Source: an uncultured Chloroflexia bacterium (GTDB taxonomy: Bacteria; Chloroflexota; Limnocylindria; Limnocylindrales; CSP1-4). Taken from it: a stretch of 64,000 bases of DNA. Both the position numbers and the translations under genes were made by a program. This document shows, one piece after another, positions 9,936 to 19,820 of this stretch. The first letter of the stretch is position 1. Each line of letters begins with the position of its first letter. The stretch covers positions 800,001 through 864,000 of the forward strand of contig CAVVCZ010000004.1 in the NCBI GenBank assembly GCA_963746845.1, in the 5' to 3' direction. The notes under the pieces were generated by a model. It saw only the letters and a list, made by a program, of their open reading frames with translations. It searched no databases and was not told where the DNA came from.

Positions 9936-10865
9936 ATGCCCATGCCGCATCGAACCTTCGCCGCCGTGGCGAAGCGCCGCCTCGTCGGGAAGGAAGGCCG
10001 CGAACGGATCCGCGAGGTCCGCGCGCTCCTGGCGGAGCTGCCCGACTATCGGAACGGTCCCTACGCGGACCTCCGCAAATCCCTTCTCGCCGAGATCGAG
10101 GACACCCGAGTCCGCTCGAGCGCCGTCCATCGCGATTCCATCGCGGTCCGACGCGAGGGCGCCGCCCAGATCGCCCTTGTCGGCCCGCCGAACGTCGGCA
10201 AGTCGTCGCTCCTCCAGGCACTGTCCGAGATCCAGATCAAGACCGGCGACTACGCGTTCACGACGCTCCGGCCGGTGCCGGCCCTCACCCGGATCCGCGG
10301 CGTCCTCGTCCAGCTGGTCGAGATCCCCGGGTTGATCGAGGGAGCGAGCGAAGACCGCGGTGGCGGCCGGGCGCTGCTCGGCGTGCTTCGTGCGGCCGAC
10401 GCGATCCTGTACTGCGCCCGCGCCGGTGCGGATCCCGGGGAGCTCCGGGTCGTCCGCGACGAGGTGACGGCCGCCGGGATCGACGTGCCCGCGGCGGTCG
10501 CGATGACCCGCGCCGACGAGGCGGACGATGCGGCGCGGGATCGACTCGCGGCCGCCATCCCGGACCTTCCGGTGCTCGCCGTGTCCGTCCTCGACGAGGC
10601 GTCGCTGGATGCCGTGCGGACGACCGTCTGGCGCCTGACCGGGCTGATCGCGATCCGCCTCCGCGCGAACGGCATCGTCGAGGGGGAGCCGCTGGCGCTC
10701 CATCCGCCGGCGACGGTCGCGGACGTGGCCGATACGATCCACCACGACCTCGCGGCGTCGTTCACCGGGGCGCGGGTCTGGGGATCGTCGGCGAGGTTCG
10801 ACGGCCAGCGGGTCGGCCGTGACCACGAAGTGGCCGACGGCGACGTCGTCGAGATCCTCCGCTGA
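9936..10865 (+). CDS. OBG-superfamily GTPase with TGS domain, DRG-like
   Basis: GPPNVGKS, YAFTT, EIPGLIEGA, C-terminal ARVWGSSARFDGQRVGRDHEVADGDVVEI. Confidence 0.85.
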   Translation: MPMPHRTFAAVAKRRLVGKEGRERIREVRALLAELPDYRNGPYADLRKSLLAEIEDTRVRSSAVHRDSIAVRREGAAQIALVGPPNVGKSSLLQALSEIQIKTGDYAFTTLRPVPALTRIRGVLVQLVEIPGLIEGASEDRGGGRALLGVLRAADAILYCARAGADPGELRVVRDEVTAAGIDVPAAVAMTRADEADDAARDRLAAAIPDLPVLAVSVLDEASLDAVRTTVWRLTGLIAIRLRANGIVEGEPLALHPPATVADVADTIHHDLAASFTGARVWGSSARFDGQRVGRDHEVADGDVVEILR

Positions 10866-10946
10866 GACGCGTCGTCGCTCACACAGGCGATCGACGGGCG
10901 TCCCGGATGACCCACGTCGGCAAACGCTGATCGGTACGCTGTCGCC

Positions 10947-12116
10947 ATGGCGCGTACTGTGGGCATCGGCGTCATCGGCATGGGCTGGATGGGCGAGGTC
11001 CACAGCCGGTCCTACCGCCTCGTCCGCGACCGGTTCCACGATCGCGGGATCGACGCTCGGCTCGTCGCCTGCGCCGACGTGGACCCCGCCCGCTCCGACG
11101 CCGCGCGTGACCGCTTCGGGTTCGAGCGGTCGACGACCGACTGGCGGTCCGTCATCGACGACCCCGCGGTGGACGCCGTGAGCGTCACGGCCCCGAACGA
11201 CACCCACCTCGCAGTCATCCGTGCTGCGCTCGACGCGGGCAAGCATGTCCTGTGCGAGAAGCCGGTCGGACGGACGCCGAGCGAGACGATCGAAGCGGCG
11301 GACGCGGCGCGCGGCACGGGGCTGGTCACGCTCGCCGGCTACAACTACCGCTGGGCGCCGCTCGTGCAGCGGGCACACGCCCTGATCGGCGCGGGCGCGA
11401 TCGGTGAGCTGACCCACTATCGCGGTCGCTTCCTGAACGGCTACGCCAAGGATCCCAACGGCGTCCTGTCATGGCGGTTCCTCGCCGAGCAGGGCTACGG
11501 GACGCTGTCGGACCTCCTCTCGCACGCGATCGACATGGCGCTCTTCCTGAGCGGCTCGATCGCCGAGGTCGTCGGCAACCGGGCGACGTTCATCGCGGAG
11601 CGGCCGCTGCCACACGCGGGCGGCACCCACTACGACACGGCCTCCGCCGACGATCCGCGCGGTGCCGTCACGAACGAGGACTACGTCGGGGCGCTGGTCC
11701 GGTTCGCCAACGGCGCCCAGGGCACGCTCGAGGCGTGTCGCGTGATCACCGGGTCCGCCTGCGATCTCGGGTTCGAGGCCCATGGCACGCACGGGGCGCT
11801 GGCCTGGACGTTCGAGCGGATGAACGAGCTCCGCCGCTACCGGCGCGTCGACGGCGCGCCGGCGGACGAGGGCTGGACCACGGAGCTCACCGGCCCGGCC
11901 CATCCGTTCCACCAGGCGTTCAACCCGGGCTGGGGCACGGGCCTCGGCTACGACGACCTCGCGGTCATCGAGGTGGCGGAGTTCCTCCGGGCGATCGTCG
12001 AAGGGGTGCCGGCCGCACCGAGCTTCGAGGACGCGGCGGCGGTCGCCCGGGTCCAGCTCGCGATCGCCGCCTCATGGCAGACCGGGGCCTGGTGCGAGGT
12101 CGGGAGGGCTGGATGA
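10947..12116 (+). CDS. Gfo/Idh/MocA family oxidoreductase
   Basis: GMGWMG Rossmann motif, [19 protein letters not shown]. Confidence 0.9.
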   Translation: MARTVGIGVIGMGWMGEVHSRSYRLVRDRFHDRGIDARLVACADVDPARSDAARDRFGFERSTTDWRSVIDDPAVDAVSVTAPNDTHLAVIRAALDAGKHVLCEKPVGRTPSETIEAADAARGTGLVTLAGYNYRWAPLVQRAHALIGAGAIGELTHYRGRFLNGYAKDPNGVLSWRFLAEQGYGTLSDLLSHAIDMALFLSGSIAEVVGNRATFIAERPLPHAGGTHYDTASADDPRGAVTNEDYVGALVRFANGAQGTLEACRVITGSACDLGFEAHGTHGALAWTFERMNELRRYRRVDGAPADEGWTTELTGPAHPFHQAFNPGWGTGLGYDDLAVIEVAEFLRAIVEGVPAAPSFEDAAAVARVQLAIAASWQTGAWCEVGRAG

Positions 12117-13066
12117 TCACGATTCCGGAGCTCGAGCCATCCGCGATCCTCGTCGCGCGCTCGTCGATTGATCCGGTTTTCCTGCACGCGCCGCAGTACG
12201 TCCACGATGGGCTCTCGGCGCGTCTCGGCGTGCCGGTGATCGTGAAGCTCGAGACGCTCAACCCGATCCGGGCGTTCAAGGGCCGCGGGACCTCGTTCGT
12301 CGTCCGATCCCTCGCGGCCGAGGGCGAGCTCGGACCGGAGCGGCCGGTCGTGTGCGCCTCGGCCGGCAACTTCGGCCAGGGCATCGCCTATGCGGCGCGC
12401 GACCTGGGGATCCCGTCGGTCGTCTTCGCGTCCACGCATGCGAACACCGGGAAGGTCGCGCGGATGCGCGCGCTCGGCGCGGTCGTTCACCTCATCGGCG
12501 AGGACTTCGACGAGGCACGGGCTGGTGCCGATGCGTTCGCCAGGGAGACCGGTGCCCGGCTCCTGATCGACGGCGAGGACCCGCGCATCGCCGCGGGCGC
12601 CGCGACGCTCGCGGTGGAGCTCACCGAGGCCGTCGCGGAGGGCCGACTGCCCGCGCTCGCGGTCGTGTCCGTCCCCGTCGGGAACGGCGCCCTGATCAAC
12701 GGCGTCGGCTCGTGGCTGCGCAGCGCCGCTCCCGACTGCCGCGTTGTCGGCGTCCAGGCGACGGGTGCCGCCGCCATGACGCTGTCGTGGCGAGCGGGCC
12801 GCCCGATCGACACCGACACCGTCACGACGTACGCAGACGGCATCGCCGCGCGCGTCTCGATCCCCGCCGCCGTCGAGGCGATGGCCGGTCGCGTCGACGA
12901 GATGCGGCTCGTGGACGACGACGCCATGCGCGCGGCCCAGGCGGAGCTCACCACCGAGCTCGGGGTCACCGTCGAAGGGGCCGCGGCGGCCTCATGGGCC
13001 GCGCTGATCGCCGGCCCACGGCCGGACGGGCCGGCCGTCGTGATCATCACCGGCAGCAACGTCTGA
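12113..13066 (+). CDS. PLP-dependent threonine/serine dehydratase-like protein
   Basis: ATG 12113 overlaps previous stop (ATGA); [34 protein letters not shown]. Confidence 0.85.
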   Translation: MITIPELEPSAILVARSSIDPVFLHAPQYVHDGLSARLGVPVIVKLETLNPIRAFKGRGTSFVVRSLAAEGELGPERPVVCASAGNFGQGIAYAARDLGIPSVVFASTHANTGKVARMRALGAVVHLIGEDFDEARAGADAFARETGARLLIDGEDPRIAAGAATLAVELTEAVAEGRLPALAVVSVPVGNGALINGVGSWLRSAAPDCRVVGVQATGAAAMTLSWRAGRPIDTDTVTTYADGIAARVSIPAAVEAMAGRVDEMRLVDDDAMRAAQAELTTELGVTVEGAAAASWAALIAGPRPDGPAVVIITGSNV

Positions 13067-13094
13067 GGTCCGGCGGCAGGTCGCCGTCGCCGGA

Positions 13095-14489
13095 TCACGT
13101 CGTCGGCGGCAACCGGCCGTCGCGCCGCGCGTCGTGGAGGATCGTCCAGACCTCCTCCTGGACGCCCCGGAGACGGAACGCCGCATCGACGGCCGCCCGG
13201 CCGTGGCGGTCGACGACGACGCGCTCCACGTCGGGATCGCGCGTCCGTCGCAGAAGGGTGGCGTCGTCCCAGACGCGCGGGCCGGAGCAGCAATCCTCGA
13301 GATCGATCCAGACGATCCCGGCCGGGCCGATCAGCGAGTTGCGTGGGAAGGCGTCGCCGTGGAGCAGTCCGCGATCCGAGGTCTCGGCGAGCAGGTCCGT
13401 CAGGGCGATGTCGCGCGCCGCTGCCAGGCGGCCGGCGCGTGCGGTCGACAGCAGGCCGGTGTCCTGCGCGAACGCGAGGGCCAGGTCCAGGTCGTCGACC
13501 GCGGGAACGAGCAGTGGCAGTGCCGGCGGCGACGGGAGCGCGGCGATCGCCGCGTGGAGACGGTCGAGGGTCGCGAGCGCCGTCACGGGGTCCGGCGCGT
13601 CCGCGGGATCGTGATCCACGAACGCCCAGGCCGTCAGCCACCAGCCGTCGACGGCGTGCGGCCCGGGCGGCACCAGCGGGCTGGGTGCCATGACCGGCCC
13701 ACCCGCGTCGGCGAGCGCGGTCACGAGCGCGACCTCGCGCTCGAGCCAGGGCCGCGGATCGTGCCGGATCCGGGCCGTGAACGTCGCCACCCGGACGACG
13801 ACCGGCGACGGCGCGAGATGGACGACGACGTTGCTGCCGTCCTTCAGAACCCGTGGCGCGGCGGTCTCGAGGCCGTGGGCGGCCGCGAACGCCAGGGCGG
13901 CGTCGACCGGCGAGCCGTGGCCGGTGACCGTCGGCGGGACCCCGGCGCCGGGCGCCGGGGGTGGGTCGTCGAGGCTCAGGACGAGCTGGTTGACGGACGT
14001 GCCACGCGCAGCCGAAAGCTCCTCGTCCGTCCCGATCACCCGGAACCCGGCGTGCTCGAGGACCATGAGGGAGGCGACGTTGTCGGCGGCGACCCACGCG
14101 AGAAGCGGGCGATCGTGGATCTCCGCCACGAACAGGGCGAGCGCCCGCCGGCCGATGCCCCGCCCCCACGCCGAGCGATCGAGCCAGTACCCCACCTCGA
14201 CGTGCCCGTCCTGCTCGAACCGGACGATGCTCCCGGTCACCCGGTCGTCGGCGAGGATCGCCCGGGCGACGACCGTCGGATCCGCCCGGATCCGCGCCCA
14301 GTGGGCGTCGAACGCCACTCGATCGTCCCCGTCCGGGCTCGTGAACGCGACCATCCAGCGGGCGACCGGATCCTGCTGGGCACGGAAGAGGACGTCCAGA
14401 TCCGCGTCCTCGACCGGTCGAAGCCGGACGACGGCCGGGGCTGGCGCGGCGGCCGGGCGCTTGGCGATCGGACGTTGACCGTCGATCAT
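13095..14489 (-). CDS. RimJ/RimL-type GNAT fused to aminoglycoside-phosphotransferase-like kinase domain
   Basis: N-half EVGYW..WGRGIG, DNVAS..VLE.AGF; C-half LLHGDAFPRN...WIDLED. Confidence 0.8.
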   Translation of the reverse strand: MIDGQRPIAKRPAAAPAPAVVRLRPVEDADLDVLFRAQQDPVARWMVAFTSPDGDDRVAFDAHWARIRADPTVVARAILADDRVTGSIVRFEQDGHVEVGYWLDRSAWGRGIGRRALALFVAEIHDRPLLAWVAADNVASLMVLEHAGFRVIGTDEELSAARGTSVNQLVLSLDDPPPAPGAGVPPTVTGHGSPVDAALAFAAAHGLETAAPRVLKDGSNVVVHLAPSPVVVRVATFTARIRHDPRPWLEREVALVTALADAGGPVMAPSPLVPPGPHAVDGWWLTAWAFVDHDPADAPDPVTALATLDRLHAAIAALPSPPALPLLVPAVDDLDLALAFAQDTGLLSTARAGRLAAARDIALTDLLAETSDRGLLHGDAFPRNSLIGPAGIVWIDLEDCCSGPRVWDDATLLRRTRDPDVERVVVDRHGRAAVDAAFRLRGVQEEVWTILHDARRDGRLPPTT

Positions 14490-14646
14490 CCGCGCCTCCG
14501 GCTCCGGCGAGATCTCCGCCCGGGAACCTGTCGGACGGCGGATCGCGTCGCGAGTCTAGCCGCCCGGAACGAACGCCCGATGCGTCGAGAGGCCGTCAAC
14601 AATCGGGCGGGTTGACGCCCATCGTGCCGCATCCCACGATCCCGCC

Positions 14647-14856
14647 GTGAGCGACGAGCCGGATCTCGATTCCGCGGAGGCCGCCCGGAACCGGCGTCGT
14701 GACCACGATGCCGAGGCGAAGGGCCGCGACCTGATGCGTCCCGGGATGGGCAAGGTCTTCAAGCAGATCCAGGATGCCCAGCGCCGGGCGGCAGACGACA
14801 TCGGCCCGCCGGGTGAGCGCCCGCCCGGCACCAGGAAGGCGACGCCGAAGCGCTGA
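14647..14856 (+). CDS. small hypothetical protein (69 aa)
   Basis: GTG 6 nt after CACGAT; host-like codon usage; fills gap between genes. Confidence 0.5.
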   Translation: MSDEPDLDSAEAARNRRRDHDAEAKGRDLMRPGMGKVFKQIQDAQRRAADDIGPPGERPPGTRKATPKR

Positions 14857-14884
14857 GGTCCGTCGAGGCCGGTTGAGGCCCCGC

Positions 14885-15763
14885 TCAGGCCCGGGCGGCC
14901 CGGATCCCGTCCAGTACGACCGCGAACGAGGCCGGTGTCGACGGCTGGACCGCGACCTGCAGGTGGTCGGCCCCGACGGCGCGCCACTCCTCCAGGGCGG
15001 CGGCGATCGCACCGACGTCGAGCGGCAGGGCGCTCGGTCCGCCGCCACGTTCGTCGACCTCGACCCCGACGGTCACCCGGAGGGTTGACGGGTCGCGTCC
15101 CTCGGCCGCGCAGGCCGCGAGCAGGTCTGCGTGGCGCCCCCGGTAGCGATCGTCCGGCCGCCCGAACCATGCGGTCTGCCACAGGTCCGCGTGACGAGCC
15201 GTGAGGCGCAGCATCCGCTCGCCCTTGGCCGCGACGAGGATGGGGAGGTCCGGCCGGATGGGCGTGGGGCGGATCTCCGCGTCCTGCACCTGGCTGTACC
15301 GGCCGTCGAGCGTGACGCGCTCGCCATGGACGAGCGGGACGATGATCCGGAGCGCCTCCTCGAACCGCCCGACGCGATGGTCGAACGGGTAGCCGAACGC
15401 CTCGTACTCCGGCTCGTGCCAGCCACACCCGAGACCGAGGATCACCCGTCCGCCGGACACGTCATCGACCGTGGCCGCCATCTTCGCGAGGAGCCCGGCC
15501 GGCCGGAACGACGTCGCGAGCACGAGCGTCCCGAGCTCGACCCGGCGGGTCGTGGCCGCGAGCGCGCTCAGCAGGGTCCACGCCTCGTGGTAGCCCGTCT
15601 CGGAGCCGATCGGCGCGTCCGCTTCGCGGTAGAAGAAGTGGTCGCTCAGCCAGAGGCTGTCGGCCCCGCCGTCCTCGGCCTGCCGGGCGAGGCCGAGGAT
15701 GTCCGTCCAGGTGCCGCCCGCGCCGTCCTCGGCCGCCTGCGGCAGCATCAGCCCGATCTGCAT
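14885..15763 (-). CDS. LLM class flavin/F420-dependent oxidoreductase
   Basis: DSLWLSDHF, LAKMAATVDDVSGGRVILGLGCGW. Confidence 0.9.
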   Translation of the reverse strand: MQIGLMLPQAAEDGAGGTWTDILGLARQAEDGGADSLWLSDHFFYREADAPIGSETGYHEAWTLLSALAATTRRVELGTLVLATSFRPAGLLAKMAATVDDVSGGRVILGLGCGWHEPEYEAFGYPFDHRVGRFEEALRIIVPLVHGERVTLDGRYSQVQDAEIRPTPIRPDLPILVAAKGERMLRLTARHADLWQTAWFGRPDDRYRGRHADLLAACAAEGRDPSTLRVTVGVEVDERGGGPSALPLDVGAIAAALEEWRAVGADHLQVAVQPSTPASFAVVLDGIRAARA

Positions 15764-15804
15764 CGGCGGAGTCTAGCTCTTGACGTCGTCGCGACGATGG
15801 ACAC

Positions 15805-16161
15805 GTGGCGACGACGCAACCGATCGAGCGCTGGACCGGCCCCGAGACGCGCCCGGCCGGCATCGCCCACGGCCTCGGCCACGTCGTCGTCTACGGCAAT
15901 CCGGCCTTCGAGGCCATGTTCGGTGCCCGCTCGATCGGACTGCCGGCCCGCGAGACCATGGTCGACCTGCCGCCCGAGGCGTTCGCGCTGTTCGACGCCG
16001 TGCTCCGGGAAGGTCGCCCGCTGGCCCGCTGGATCCGGCGCGACGGTCGCGACTGGCGGCTGACCGCCGTACCGCGCCGCGAGCTCGACACCGACGAGGT
16101 CTTCGGCCTCGCGTTCCATCTCCGCGAGCGGGACGACCTGCCGATCCTGCCGCCCGGCTGA
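15805..16161 (+). CDS. small stand-alone PAS-like protein
   Basis: HVVVYGNPAFEAMFG..SIGLPARE pattern resembles PAS_4 folds. Confidence 0.55.
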   Translation: MATTQPIERWTGPETRPAGIAHGLGHVVVYGNPAFEAMFGARSIGLPARETMVDLPPEAFALFDAVLREGRPLARWIRRDGRDWRLTAVPRRELDTDEVFGLAFHLRERDDLPILPPG

Positions 16162-16163
16162 TC

Positions 16164-16877
16164 TCAGGCCCGGCCGCGACCCGGCTTCGGAACCTCGATG
16201 AGGATGGGCCGGCCGTCGCCGTCGACGATCCGCCAGCGCACCCCGAGCGCCTCGTCACGGCCGTCCGCGAGCAGGGCGACGACCTCCGCGGCTGACGCGT
16301 CCGCGGGCAGCACCCCGAGACGCCCGGCGATCGCGTGTGCCGCGAGCGCCGGGACGCCGCCCGCCAGGTCGCGTCGGACGATCGACTCCGCGTCCTCCAC
16401 ACCGTCCGCCTCGAGCCGCTCGATCAGTCGCCGGGCACGGCCGCGGTCGGCTCCGTCGAGATCGCGCATCCAGGTCGGCTCGGCGGGCTCCTCGTCGCCG
16501 TTCGGCGGCTTGACGGGCTTCGACGGCGCGGGGCGTGACGGGCGGGCGGCGGGCGGCGATTCCGCTCGCTTCGTCGACCGCGTCGGCGTCGGGGTCGGCG
16601 GCGCCTCGCGTTGTCGCTCCAGCCGGGCGGCCAGCGGAGAGGACGCCGGCTCACTTGTCCGTGCCGCGGCGATCGCGGCCTTCGCGTCGGTCAGGCTCCG
16701 GAACGGGCCGCGCACGAGCGGCAGCCCGAGCTCATCGGTCGCCTCGGCGTCGACGACGGCCCACGTCCCGGACTGGGGCTCGATCGTGAACCGCTCGTCA
16801 CGCGTCTGCCACCGCCCGCCCCCGAGCCGCCTGAGGGACTCGTCCGCGTCCGGCGGGTCGCTTTTTGCCGGACTCAC
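16164..16877 (-). CDS. hypothetical protein
   Basis: Overlaps DUF952 stop (GTGA); globular N- and C-terminal parts with Pro-rich linker. Confidence 0.65.
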   Translation of the reverse strand: MSPAKSDPPDADESLRRLGGGRWQTRDERFTIEPQSGTWAVVDAEATDELGLPLVRGPFRSLTDAKAAIAAARTSEPASSPLAARLERQREAPPTPTPTRSTKRAESPPAARPSRPAPSKPVKPPNGDEEPAEPTWMRDLDGADRGRARRLIERLEADGVEDAESIVRRDLAGGVPALAAHAIAGRLGVLPADASAAEVVALLADGRDEALGVRWRIVDGDGRPILIEVPKPGRGRA

Positions 16878-17215
16878 CCGCTGGCCTCGAAGGGGAGGTA
16901 CTCACCGTCCGCATCCCGGGGCATCGGCCGGGCGTCGAGGATCGCCGTTCGATCGATCGGCCCGAAGACGTGCGGATAGATCCCGCCCGGGTCCTCGACC
17001 CGCCACGGGCTCGTCACCCGGTCCAGGTCGATCGTGAGGATGACGAACGCCCGCGGATCGTCGCGGTAGTGCCGGTTCGCCGTCGCGACCATCTCGGTCG
17101 CCCCCGTCGTGCAGTGGATGAAGCCCTCGTCGTCGAGCGACGGGGCGCCGAGCGCGCCGTCGGGATCTGCGGATGACCACCACTCGACCGGCGTGAGGTG
17201 GTACGTCCGGTTCAC
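16874..17215 (-). CDS. DUF952 family protein
   Basis: SLDDEGFIHCT, YPHVFGPI. Confidence 0.88.
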   Translation of the reverse strand: MNRTYHLTPVEWWSSADPDGALGAPSLDDEGFIHCTTGATEMVATANRHYRDDPRAFVILTIDLDRVTSPWRVEDPGGIYPHVFGPIDRTAILDARPMPRDADGEYLPFEASG

Positions 17216-17230
17216 GTTCGCGAGGCCTCG

Positions 17231-19126
17231 TCAGCCGGCGCTGTCGCCGGCTCCGGCAAACGGCTCGTCGGGGTGGATCCAGCCACGGTCCAGGACCACC
17301 TGGATGACCGTCGGCCGGTCGTTCGCCATCGCCTGGCGGAGCGCCACCTCGAGTGCCGCGTCGGTCTCGACCCGGATGCCGCGGGCGCCACAGGCCCGCG
17401 CCACAGCCGTGAAATCGATCGACCCGAGATCGGTCGCGATCGCCCCGTCCGGTCCCCCGCCCCGGCGGTCCTGGTGCATCCGGATCGTGCCGTAGCGCTC
17501 GTTGTCGAAGACGACCGCGATCACCCTGGCCTTCTCGCGGACCGCCGTCTCGAGCTCCGCCATCGTCATCGCGAAGCCTCCGTCGCCGGCGAATGCGACG
17601 ACCGTGCGGTCGCGGTGGACCAGCGCCGCGGCGATCGCCGCCGGCAGGGCGTAGCCCATCGCTCCCGACGTCGGCCCCAGGAACGTCCCCGGCCGCCGGA
17701 ACCGGAAGTGGCGCGCCACCCAGAGCCCGAAGTTCCCGGCGTCCGTCGTGACGATCGTGTCGTCGGGCAGGACGCGCCTCGCCGTCGCGATCGCGTGGGC
17801 CGGATGCACGCCGGGGCCGGTCCACGGACTCTCGTCGACCTCCGTGGCCGCCTCCCAGGCCGTCCGATCCGCGTCATTGCCGGCCTGTCGCTCGTCAGCG
17901 GACGCGGCATCCAGCACGCCCTGCTGGAGACGCACCACCGCGGCCCGCAGGAACGCACGGGCGTCGGCCCGGATGGACTGCCTGGGTGCCGGCAGGCCGG
18001 CCCGGCCGTCGAGCGGCTCGACGTCGACGTGCATCCACGCCTGTCCATCGGCCGGGATCGTGTAGCCGAACGACGTGACCTCCGACAGGCGGCAGCCGAG
18101 GACGAGGAGCGCGTCCGCCCCGGCGAGGCGGTCCCGCACGACGGATGGGCTCCCGTAGCCGGCCATCCCGAGGTAGAGCGGGTGGTCGTTCGAGATGACG
18201 TCGCCGCGACGCCAGCCGGCGATCACCGGCACGCGGAGCAGCTCGGCAAGGCGAAGGAGCTCCGACGAGGTCCGGGCACGAAGGACGCCGCCACCGGCGA
18301 GGATCACGGGCCGCCTGGCCGTGGCCAGGAACTGGATCGCGGCCCGGACCTCGTCCGGCTCGGGACGCGCCGGGGCCGGTCGCGACGCGTCGAGCGTCGT
18401 CCCGACCGGCAGGAGCTCGTCGATCAGGTCCTCGGGCACCGAGAGATAGGCGGGGCCGGGCCGGGCCGCGAGCGCTGCCCGAACCGCGTCGCCGACGGCT
18501 GCCGGAACGTCGTCGATCGTCGTCAGCTCGACCGCGTGGGCGGCGAGGCCGCCGATCGTCGCGGTCTGGTCGATCTCCTGGAAGGCCTCGCGCCCCAGGA
18601 ATTTTCGGTCGACCTGCCCGACGAGCACGAACATCGGCGACGAATCCTGGCGGGCCGTGTGGATCCCGATCGCGAGGTTCGCGGCGCCGACCGCGCGGGT
18701 CCCGAGGGCAGCGGCCGGGCGCCCGGTCAGCTGGCCGTGGGCCTCGGCCATGAACGCGGCCGCGCCTTCGTGGCGGGTCGCGACGACCCGGATCCCGGCC
18801 GCCTGCAGACCCTCGAGGAGGCCGAGGAAGCTCTCGCCGGGGACCGTGAAGGCATAGCGCACGCCGGCGGCCCGCAGGGCATCCGCGATGAACCGGCCGA
18901 CCGTGCGCGGGGCCTCGGACTCGGGCGGCGTGTCCGGCTCGACGGGCATGTCGGTCTCGGCCGATGCCTCGGGCTCGGCCGGCGCCGCCGGCTCGGCTGG
19001 CGCCTCCGGCTCGGCCGGTGCCTCCGGTTCGACCGACGTCTCCGGTTCGCTCGACAGCACCGGCTCCTCGCCACCCAGGCCGTCCGCCTCGTCCGTCGCG
19101 CCCCCGATCGTCCGCTCGTCGACCAT
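17231..19126 (-). CDS. thiamine pyrophosphate-binding protein (acetolactate synthase-like)
   Basis: VPGESFL, RHEGAAAFMAEA, GDGGF...NERYG ThDP motif; acidic PAEPEA-repeat N-extension. Confidence 0.9.
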   Translation of the reverse strand: MVDERTIGGATDEADGLGGEEPVLSSEPETSVEPEAPAEPEAPAEPAAPAEPEASAETDMPVEPDTPPESEAPRTVGRFIADALRAAGVRYAFTVPGESFLGLLEGLQAAGIRVVATRHEGAAAFMAEAHGQLTGRPAAALGTRAVGAANLAIGIHTARQDSSPMFVLVGQVDRKFLGREAFQEIDQTATIGGLAAHAVELTTIDDVPAAVGDAVRAALAARPGPAYLSVPEDLIDELLPVGTTLDASRPAPARPEPDEVRAAIQFLATARRPVILAGGGVLRARTSSELLRLAELLRVPVIAGWRRGDVISNDHPLYLGMAGYGSPSVVRDRLAGADALLVLGCRLSEVTSFGYTIPADGQAWMHVDVEPLDGRAGLPAPRQSIRADARAFLRAAVVRLQQGVLDAASADERQAGNDADRTAWEAATEVDESPWTGPGVHPAHAIATARRVLPDDTIVTTDAGNFGLWVARHFRFRRPGTFLGPTSGAMGYALPAAIAAALVHRDRTVVAFAGDGGFAMTMAELETAVREKARVIAVVFDNERYGTIRMHQDRRGGGPDGAIATDLGSIDFTAVARACGARGIRVETDAALEVALRQAMANDRPTVIQVVLDRGWIHPDEPFAGAGDSAG

Positions 19127-19230
19127 CAGTGCAGGACCGGCGCGGCGACCATCGAGGCCACCAGGCCGAGGACGATCACCACCGTGACGGCGATCATCAC
19201 GACCCGCGCATAGCGCGCTCCGGGCATCAT
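19126..19230 (-). CDS. 34-aa single-TM small protein
   Basis: MMPGARYARVVMIAVTVVIVLGLVASMVAAPVLH*; stop overlaps next ATG (TGATG); starts 9 nt after yajQ stop. Confidence 0.6.
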   Translation of the reverse strand: MMPGARYARVVMIAVTVVIVLGLVASMVAAPVLH

Positions 19231-19238
19231 CGACGCGG

Positions 19239-19733
19239 CTACCGGTAGTTCTCGAACTGGAGCGGGACGGGGACGTCCTCGAGGCCGCGCAGCCGGACGA
19301 TCACCTTCTGGAGCTCGTCCTTGCTCTTCCCGGACACGCGCACCGCATCGCCCTGGATCTGCGACTTCACCTTCGGGAACTCGTCCCGGATCAGCTTGGT
19401 GATCTTCTTCGCCAGCTCGTCGTTCAGGCCGCGCCGGAGCGTGATCACCTGGCGGACCTTGTTGCCGCCGGCCGGCTCGACCTTGCCCCAGTCGAAGATC
19501 TTCAGCGACAGGTTGCGGCGAACGGCCTTCGACTCGATCAGGTCCTTGATCGCCGCGGCGCGGTGCTCGTCGTCGGTCACGAGGACGAGCTCGTCCTTGC
19601 CCTGGGTCAGGTCGACCGTCACGCCCTTGAAGTCGTAGCGCTGGCCGGCCTCGCGCCGGACCTGGTCGAGGGCGTTGCGCAGCTCCTGCTCGTCGAAGTC
19701 GCTGACGACGTCGAAGGAAACGTCTCCGGCCAT
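19239..19733 (-). CDS. yajQ: YajQ family nucleotide/c-di-GMP-binding protein
   Basis: SFDVVS, RYDFKG, QIQGDAVRVSGKSKDELQ, LQFENYR. Confidence 0.95.
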   Translation of the reverse strand: MAGDVSFDVVSDFDEQELRNALDQVRREAGQRYDFKGVTVDLTQGKDELVLVTDDEHRAAAIKDLIESKAVRRNLSLKIFDWGKVEPAGGNKVRQVITLRRGLNDELAKKITKLIRDEFPKVKSQIQGDAVRVSGKSKDELQKVIVRLRGLEDVPVPLQFENYR

Positions 19734-19820
19734 GGGCCTCCCTGTCGAGTGCTGGGACGACGGCGCCGTGATGCGGACGGCGCGTCCGCGGGGTGGCCTC
19801 CAGTATGCCTTGGAACGCGG

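Noticed and set aside
18955-19050. Tandem ~18-nt repeats (also 40460-40500) as CRISPR or repeat elements
   Set aside because: Imperfect in-frame coding repeats (PAEPEA, KTAT) with no spacers or cas genes.
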